From contig JAIVFI010000044.1 of NCBI GenBank assembly GCA_025558095.1, positions 186,001 to 250,000 on the forward strand: a stretch of 64,000 nucleotides of DNA. The letters are read 5' to 3'. The notes below the pieces were generated by a model, which worked only from the letters and a program-made list of their open reading frames with translations, was not told the DNA's origin and did no database searches. Below, piece by piece: positions 56,369 to 64,000 of the stretch. This DNA comes from Hyaloraphidium curvatum SAG 235-1 (Eukaryota > Fungi > Monoblepharomycota). A program made the position numbers and the translations under genes. Positions within the stretch are counted from its first letter, which is position 1. Every line of letters starts with the position of its first letter.

Positions 56369-59300
56369 TCAATACATGGCACGCCTAAATGTAGTCCAGC
56401 CCCTTCCACTTGGGGTCCTCACTCTTGCCGAACGCGTCCCGGACAAAGGCCTCCAGCTCGGCGTAGTGCTTCTTCTTGGAGCCCGTGGCCGGCGCAGCGG
56501 AGGGCGCGCGGCCAGCATAGCGCTAGAATGGGGCGGAGCGCGATGAGCGGGGTCCGGCACCGGCTCGCTAGGAGGGACCCACGATCTCGATGGCGGGCTT
56601 GCCCGCCGACTCGGTCTTGGTCAGCAGCAGCCTCGGCCGGACAAAGGACCACGCGCCCTGGTTGCGCGGCTCCTCCTGGCACCAGACGAGCTCGGCGTTG
56701 GGGTACTTGTTCATCTCGATGAGGACGTGGAGGAAGGGGAAGGGGGAGAGCTGCTCGATGCGGACGATGGCGACGTCCTGAGCGGGAAAGGTCAGCACGA
56801 GCAGCCTCTGACGGCGGGCAGATGAGCCAGACCTTGAAGGAGTTCTTGTCCCTGGCCTTGGTGAGGTCGTAGTACACCTTGCCCGTGCAGAAGATGACCT
56901 GGCGGACCTTGTCCCCGTCCACGAGGTCCGGGAGCTGGTCGGGGATCACGTTCATGACGCGCTTGCCCGGGCCGAACTCCTCCAGGTCCGACACGCAGTA
57001 GGGGGCCTTTAGCAGAGACTTGGGGCTCATCATGACCAGCGGCTTGCGGAACATGCGGTGGACCTGCCGCCGGAGCAGGTGGTACAGGTTGGCCGGCGTC
57101 GTCGGGTTGGCCACGACCATGTTGATGTTCTGCGTCTGCTTCATCAGCGTCGCCGAGATGGCCGCGGGGTCCAGGCTGTCGTATTCGGGGAACTCGGTGG
57201 GCTCCTCGTTGACGGCCTGGAGGAAGCGCTCCAGGCGGGCCGACGAGTGCTCGGGGCCCTGGCCCTCGAAGCCGTGGGGGAGGAGGAGGACGAGGCCGGA
57301 CTGGCGGTACCACTTGTGCTCGGCCGAGGAGACGAACTGGTCGATCATGATCTGGGCGCCGTTGACTGGACGAAAGTCAGACACAGCGCCAACGACGGCA
57401 CCGCGAGGATGGAGCCCACCGAAGTCGCCGAACTGCGCCTCCCAGATGACCAGGGCGTTGGGGTTCTCGAGCGAGTACCCGTACTCGAAGCCCATGACGC
57501 CGTACTCGGACAGCGACGAGTTGACGACGGTGAAGTTGGACATGCCCGTGGGCTTGCGGCTGATGTTGGCCAGGGCGCAGTGCCGCGCCTCGGTCTCCTG
57601 GTCGTAGATGACCGCGTGCCGGTGCGAGAAGGTGCCGCGCTCGCAGTCCTGGCCCGACAGCCGGACGTGGTAGCCCTCGTTGAGCAGCGACCCGAAGGTG
57701 AGCGTCTCGGCGGCGCCCCAGTCGAGCGCCTTGCCGGTCTGGTACATCTTGCGGCGGGCGTCGTAGATCTGCTGGATCTTGCGGTGCGGGCGGAAGTTGC
57801 TCGGCACGTCCGTGGCCATGATCCCGACCTCCTTGAGCACCTCGGTCGGCACGCCTGTCTCCTGGCGCGTGGCCAGCTGCGACGGCTTTAGCATGGCCGA
57901 CCACGAGTCCTTGAGCCAGTCCGAGGGGGGCTCGTACGCGGCCTGGGAGGTCATGTCGTACTGCGAGTTGCAGAGGGCCATGTACTTGGCCTCGACCTCG
58001 GCGATGGTGCCCTGGTCAAAGGTGCCCTCCTTGAGCAGCGTCTCGCGGTACTGCTCCAGCGTCGACGGCGTCCGCGCGATCTTCTTGTACATGATGGGCT
58101 GCGTGAACATGGGCTCGTCGATCTCGTTGTGGCCGTGCCGGCGGTAGCTGAAGATGTCGATCACGACCTCGTCCCGGAAGGTCTGCCGGAAGTCCATCGC
58201 GGCCTCGGCGGCCCACACCACGGCCTCGGGGTCGTCACCGTTGACGTGGAAGATGGGGGCCTGGAAGCCCTTGGCGATGTCGGTGGGGTAGGGCGAGGAG
58301 CGCGAGAACTTGGGGTTGGTGGTGAAGCCGATCTGGTTGTTGACGACTATGTGGATGCAGCCGCCGACGGTGTAGTCGGGCAGGTCGTTGAGGTTGATGG
58401 TCTCGGCCACCACGCCCTGGCCCGCAAAGGCTGTGGGTTCGAGACAAATGCCCATCAGCAACCGCGTTCACTGACGGCGAGGACGAGACCCACCAGCATC
58501 ACCGTGCATCAGGATCGACATGCTCTTCTCAAACATGTAGTCGTCGTCCCAGAACTGCTTGGCCCTCGTCTTACCGATCACCACGGGGTTCACGGCCTCG
58601 AGGTGCGACGGGTTCGACACGAGCGAGAGGTGGATCTCCTTGCCGGAGGCCATGACGCGGTCCGTCGACGCGCCCAGGTGGTACATGACGTCCCCGGAGC
58701 CCTCGACGTCCTCGTTGTTCTGCGTGCCCTTCTTGTCCTCGAACTCGGCGAACATCTTGTACATGGGCTTCTTCATCACGTTGGCCAGCACGTTGAGCCG
58801 CCCGCGGTGGGGCATCCCCAGGATCGCCGTCTCGATGCCCAGCTCCGTGCCGCGCTCGAGGATGGCCTCGAGGCAGGGGATCAGCGACTCGGCGCCCTCG
58901 AGGCCGAAGCGCTTGGTGAAGGGGTACTTCTTGGCCAGGTAGCTCTCGAACTTGTCGCCCCAGGTCAGCCACGCGAGGATCATCTTCTTCTTCTCGGGGG
59001 TGAAGGTGCGCGCGCGCTCCTCGAGCTAAATTGGGGGGCGCGTTACTTATGAAAAGGCGGAGCGGGGCAGAACAGCCCACCTTCTTCTGGATCCAGTCCT
59101 TCCGCGCCACGTCCTGCATGTGCATGTACTCGACGCCCACGGTGCTGCAGTACGTGTACTTGAGCTTGTCCACGATCTCCCCGAGGGTCAACCACCCGTC
59201 TGCCGTTCGGGGTCAGGGCGTGCCGGGGGTGCGCCACCCCGCGGGGACCCACCTCCGGGGGCCAGCGGCGCGCCGACGAAGAACTTGCGGCCCAGGTCCG

Positions 59301-59832
59301 CCTCGGTGAATCCCCAGAACTTGTAGTCCAGCTCTGCGTAGGGCGGGCGGTTCCACAGGCCCAGGGGGTCGAGGTTGGCCGACAGGTGGCCGAAGACGCG
59401 GAACGAGCGGATGAGCTCCATCACTTGGGAGGGGGGGCGTTTCAGCGGCGATGCGGGCGCGGTGGGGGTCCACGCACGCTTGACCTGCTCCTGCAGCAGC
59501 TTCGGGGTGACCACGGCCTCCGGGGCGGCGACCTGCACGCCGGGAGCCACCGCCACGAACTGGTGGCTCTCCAGCGCGTTGAAGTACGCGCCCCAGTCTG
59601 CGGGCACCGACGCCGGGTTCTGCCGCCACGAGTCGTAGATGCTCTCGAGGACCGCGGCGCTCGTGCCGTTGGCGAACGCGTCCTGGCCGGGCGCCGCCGT
59701 GGCGAGCGCGCGCGCCGGGCGGAGGCGGCAGGGCGCGGCGCGGGGCGCCGCCGCGGCACGCAGCGGGGCGGCACTCGGCCGCGCCCGCAAGACGAGCCCG
59801 GCGGCGCGGCGGGCGGCGCTGGCGAGATGCAT
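56369..59832 (-). CDS. KGD1: Mitochondrial 2-oxoglutarate dehydrogenase E1
   Basis: Presequence; [128 protein letters not shown]. Confidence 0.96.
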
Positions 59833-60251
59833 CGTGCCCTGGATGTTGGGAGACCGCTGGCCCCGACTTGCTCCGATGCGGCGTCGTGAGGACCCGCAAA
59901 CACTGTCACGGCTTCACCCCGATTTGCCCCCCCCTTGGCCCATGGCCGTAGTCATCTAGAGCCGATGTAGCATCAGAGCGATATGGTCATTCGTTCTCTC
60001 TCCCTTTTGAACTGTCGCCTCGGGGCTGGCGCCTGAAGTCCGTCGATCGGGACCCTGGACGCCACCTCGTACGGATGCAAGCCATCGCACGGATGCCGCA
60101 GCACAAATGCCGTACTTCAATCATCCTTGTGGGATGGATCGGCCCAATGAGAAGCTAGAATGTTGGCGAGCGAAGGGGACGTGCGGCGGAACTTGCCGCG
60201 TCTTTGCCACGCTCCGCTGCCTCCCACCATTCTCCGTCCCTGAACGCCAGC

Positions 60252-62769
60252 ATGGCCAGCTTCGACGCCGTCGCCCACCTGGAGCCGTACGGCCCGTCGG
60301 GCCCCGAGTCTCTCGCCGCCGAGCGCGCCGGCGCCAGCTTCCCCGTGGGCGCCATGGAGTCCGTCGTGCGCGCCCCCGACGAGCTGGCGATACGGAGGAC
60401 CGTGCTCCGCCGCCTGGAGTCAGAACTGCTCTTCACGCGGCTGCACTTTTCCCTGCCGCACCACGAGCAGGTCCGCGTGTCGGTCGAAAGGACGGCGAGG
60501 CTGGCCGAGATCAGCAGGGAGGAGCGGTGGGGGATGCAGGAGTGGAACACGGCGCTTGGCTTCGTGGAGCACGGGCAACCGCTGACGCTCACCACGACCA
60601 TTTTCGGTGGGCTCGGAAAGCTGCGTCGGCGGGCTTTGGCGTCGGGTCCTGACGCCACGGCCGCAGTCTCGATCATCGAAACCGAGGCCACGGACGAGCA
60701 GCGGAAGGAGCTTCTTGAAAAAGTCGCGAACTTCAACATCATCGGCTCTTATGCCCAGACGGAGCTGGGCCATGGGTCCAATGTGCAGGGCCTGGAAACC
60801 GAGGTTCATTACATCCAGGAAGACGACTGCTTCGAGGTTCGCTCACCGTTCCTGACCTCGGCCAAATGGTGCGTAGCAGTCCCAGTTCGGACTGTTGGTT
60901 CGCTTCCTGGCAGCCTAGTAACCCCCCGCCCGGCGCTGTCGCAGGTGGATCGGAGCTCTGGGCAAGTCCGCGACCCACGTTGCCCTCATGGCGCGCCTGG
61001 TCGTCGGCGGCCGCAACCGTGGCCCGCACAACTTTGTCTTCCGCATCCGCGACGAAAGAACGCACGAGCCTCTCCCGGGGGTCTTCGTCGGCGACATCGG
61101 GTCCAAGTACGGCAACCAGGGGATCGACAACGGCTTCTGCGTCTTCACCAACTTCCGCATACCGAAGACGGCGCTGCTGTCGCGCTTCTCCAAGGTGTCG
61201 AGGGACGGGAAGTACGTCCGCGACATCTCGGGGCGGATCGTCTACACCGCCATGTGGGTTGTTGGCATGGCAAGCCCGATCGTCGCCAGCTCACGCATTC
61301 CGCCGTCGCAGGATGATGATTCGCGCTTATATGGTCCGCGGCGCCGCCGCCTCCCTCGCCAAATCCGTCACCATCGCCACCCGATTCTCCGCCGTTCGCC
61401 GCCAGACGGCCGCCAACGACCCCTCGGCCTTCAACGACTCTGTCGGCGCGGCCTGGTCCGCGCGCACCGGCCTCCCCGCCGAAACCCGCATCATCGACCA
61501 CTCCCAGCAGACCCACCGGCTGTGCTACCGCCTCGCCGAGGCTTATGCTTTGCAATTCGTCGGCCGGGACATGATGCAGCGGCAGTACGCGGAATACGAG
61601 GACCTGCTGCGGCGGGATCCGGCGGCGGCCGAGGCGATGCAGCCCGAGGTGCACGCCACCGCGAGCTCGCTCAAGGCCCTGTGCACGGACATGGCGTACG
61701 CGGGGATCGACGACATGCGGCGGGCGTGCGGGGGCCACGGGTACTCGGAGTTCAGCGGGATCAGCAACAACGATTACGGTGCGCGGCCGTGCGCTGTTTT
61801 GCCTGTCCATCTGACGCATTCATTCTCGCGCAGGAATCATGGTCACCGGTGAAGGAGACAACTGGATGATCGCGCTGCAGTGCGCGCGCTACCTCCACAA
61901 GGCAATGGTCGCCATGCGCACCGGCAAGAAGGGCGCGGCCGTCGGGACGCCCACGACCGCCTACCTTCTCGAGGCCGCACGGCCTCCTCCCGGGGGCGCG
62001 ACAAAATGCGCGGCAGCGAGGCCGGCGGACCTGCTTGACGCCGACACGCTCGTCAAGATCTTTGCCGCGCGCGCGGGGAGGCTGGTCGCGTGGTATGCGG
62101 ACGAGGTGGATGCGGGGGTCGCGCCCACGGCGCTGCAGTGGGAGGTGGGCTCCCCGTGTGCAGATGGATGCATGCATGCGTGCGTCCAGCCGTCGCTCGT
62201 CCCCGACTCAGCGCCCCGCCCGTCACGCAGGGCAACATGATTTCCAAGGCCCACGGCCAGTTCATCATCGCCTCGAGCTTCGCGGAGCAGCTCCGCCTCC
62301 TGCGCGGGCGCATCGACGCCGGGGCGTGGGCGGCGCTGGAGCGCCTGCTCTTTCTGTACTGCCTCTCCACGGTCGAGGCCGAACCCGCGTTCGCGACCAA
62401 CGGGTACCTTTCGGGGGAGCAGCTCGGATGGGTGCGCCGGCTCGTGAGGGGGTTGGTCGCGGAGGTGAGGAAGGACGCGGTGGCGCTGACTGATGCGTGG
62501 GGTGGGTGTGCTGGGCGCCGCGCGGGGTGCATGCGAAGCTGATCGGACGGGCAGGGTTCACGGACTGGGAGCTCAAGTCCGCGCTGGGGCGGTACGACGG
62601 CAGGGTGTACGAGACGCTGTTCAAGTGGGCGATCGCGGATCCGCTCAACCAGGGGAACAACTACCCAGTCGCAAGCTTCATCGGCAGCACGTACAGGCCC
62701 ATGCTAGATAATGATGGTAGCAAGGGCCCCGTGATCTCGGGCATGCTCCCGGTGAAGGCAAGGTTGTAG
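60252..62769 (+). CDS. POX1: Peroxisomal acyl-CoA oxidase
   Basis: GSYAQTELGHGSNVQGLET, SAKW/WIGALG, VGDIGSKYG..IDNG, TIATRFSAVRRQ, RRACGGHGYS, GEGDN, VALTDAW, SALGRYDGRVYE; PTS1 ARL*. Confidence 0.95.
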
Positions 62770-63094
62770 GCGTGCCTGTAGAGCTTCAAAAACGGTGCTT
62801 TCATTGATCACGCGTACAGAAAGAATCATCATGCAGAAAACGCCTCGCAGCTTCACACAAAGCCTCATACAGAATAAGGGGAAACAGACAGAACCGCCCA
62901 ACAACACGGGCAGGAACATTCTACATTGCGCCGTCGGGGCCCAAAACAAGGCCGCCGGGCCCGGGCCCGCGCCGGCGGCGTTCGCGACACGGAAGGGTGG
63001 CGGAGCGGTATGTACACGCGGCTTGCCCCACGGGGGAACCGCGATCGGAGCCTTGTGCGGCACACGGCCGCATTGCGGGTGCGGCGCGAGGCCG

Positions 63095-63932
63095 CTATGA
63101 GGAGATGGAACCCTGCCGGTACCGCTTGGTCGGCGGCAGCGGGACCGCCGGCGGCGGGTGCCCGTGTGCGCCGGGTTCGTCCGGTGGCGGCGCATCCGCG
63201 TTTGCCGGGGTGGGCGGCGAGACGAGGGTAGTCGGCACCGCGGGCGGTGCAGGCGCCGGGGCGGGGTCGCGGTCGCCCCGGTCGGTGCCGCCGTCGTCCA
63301 TGTCCTCGTCCTTCTCGGCCATCACCGTGTCGGGCGTGGGCGGGCCCGAGGGCGGTGCGTCGTCCGACGAGCGGCGGGGGGCGAGGGAGCGCGCGGGCGA
63401 GGCGGTTTGGGGGTCGGAGGCGTCGCCGTCGTCGTCATGGTGCGGCTCGGGCGAGCACGAGGCGCGCGTGGAGCTCAGCGCCATCAGCAGCTCGACGGCC
63501 TCGGTCTCTGCCTCGGGGCTGAGCGACGCCCGGGCTGGAATCGGGTTGTTTTTTGTGGGAAGTGCACCGCGGTGAGTGCGCAGTTGGGAGGTCACGCGGA
63601 CACGGCCACCCACCCCGCTTTGCGCCGCCCGGCGGCTCGCGGTCCGGCAGCGCGTCGCGACGCGGACTGTGCGGAAGCGCCTCCCTGCGCGGCGACGGCG
63701 GGGCGTCGAAGATGTCTGCGACCTCGCGGAACGTCTTGCCCTCGAGGCCGCGCGCGACCTTGAAGCCCGCGAACCGCAGCCGCGTCGACAAGGTGTGCGA
63801 CATCTTGAAGGCTTCCGCCCGCGTGACAAACACCGGCAGCAGCTCGGCCGGCAGCGCCGCCGGCCCCGCCGCCCGGTGGTGGCGCGGCTGCGCGGGGGAC
63901 GCCGCGCGCGCACCTTCCGCGGGAACAGCCAT
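63095..63932 (-). CDS. Whi5/Nrm1-like protein (GTB motif); the 5' end may extend beyond the window
   Basis: LSTRLRFAGFKVARGLEGKTFREV; one GT-AG intron at ~63535-63613; EAVELLMALSS; many SP/TP sites and TKRYR. Confidence 0.6.
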
Positions 63933-64000
63933 CGTGCCGGCGATTCGGGCTCCCGCGGAGGCCTCAGGCACGCGCGGACGCGTGGGGCGTCGCGCGGAAC

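Noticed and set aside
9748-62769. Introner-like (repeated) introns or an alternative genetic code
   Set aside because: The introns I inspected do not resemble one another beyond splice signals, and conserved genes translate with the standard code once GT-AG (and one GC-AG) introns are removed.
1-64000. tRNA, rRNA or snRNA genes
   Set aside because: I recognised no cloverleaf, rRNA or snRNA signature by eye; tRNAscan-SE and Infernal would be needed to exclude them.

Overview
This is gene-dense, GC-rich eukaryotic DNA with many short (about 50-110 nt) spliceosomal introns and CTGAC/CTCAC/CTAAC-type branch points. Gene content and intron style suggest an early-diverging (zoosporic, chytrid/monoblepharid-like) fungus; this is inference. 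Most ORFs in the six-frame track are antisense shadows or single exons. I reconstructed about 35 genes or gene remnants by hand. Housekeeping genes: DHR1/DHX37, peroxisomal thiolase, MED7, a GH125 mannosidase, COG5, ribophorin I/OST1, CPA2, an old yellow enzyme, a formin, MED31, RPC31, enoyl-CoA hydratase 2, CDC14, HSF, KGD1 and acyl-CoA oxidase. Six things stand out. (1) A ~4.3 kb tandem duplication at 0.1-8.7 kb made a DHR1 pseudogene and carries a two-gene orphan cassette; one gene is hyper-diverged between copies while its neighbour is nearly identical. (2) An intronless multipass protein ends in a gustatory-receptor-like (7TM ion channel) signature. (3) An unannotated protein combines a phage/cyanobacterial-type helical 'LEQYFRDVWKISRAQVYRFID' module with a transcription-factor-like tail. 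(4) There is a Whi5/Nrm1-like GTB-motif protein. (5) Several sequences look bacterial: DUF4386, a myxobacterial-type Cys-rich secreted protein and a GH10 xylanase remnant. (6) Peroxisome-targeted enzymes are locally concentrated. All family assignments come from motif recognition, not database searches.
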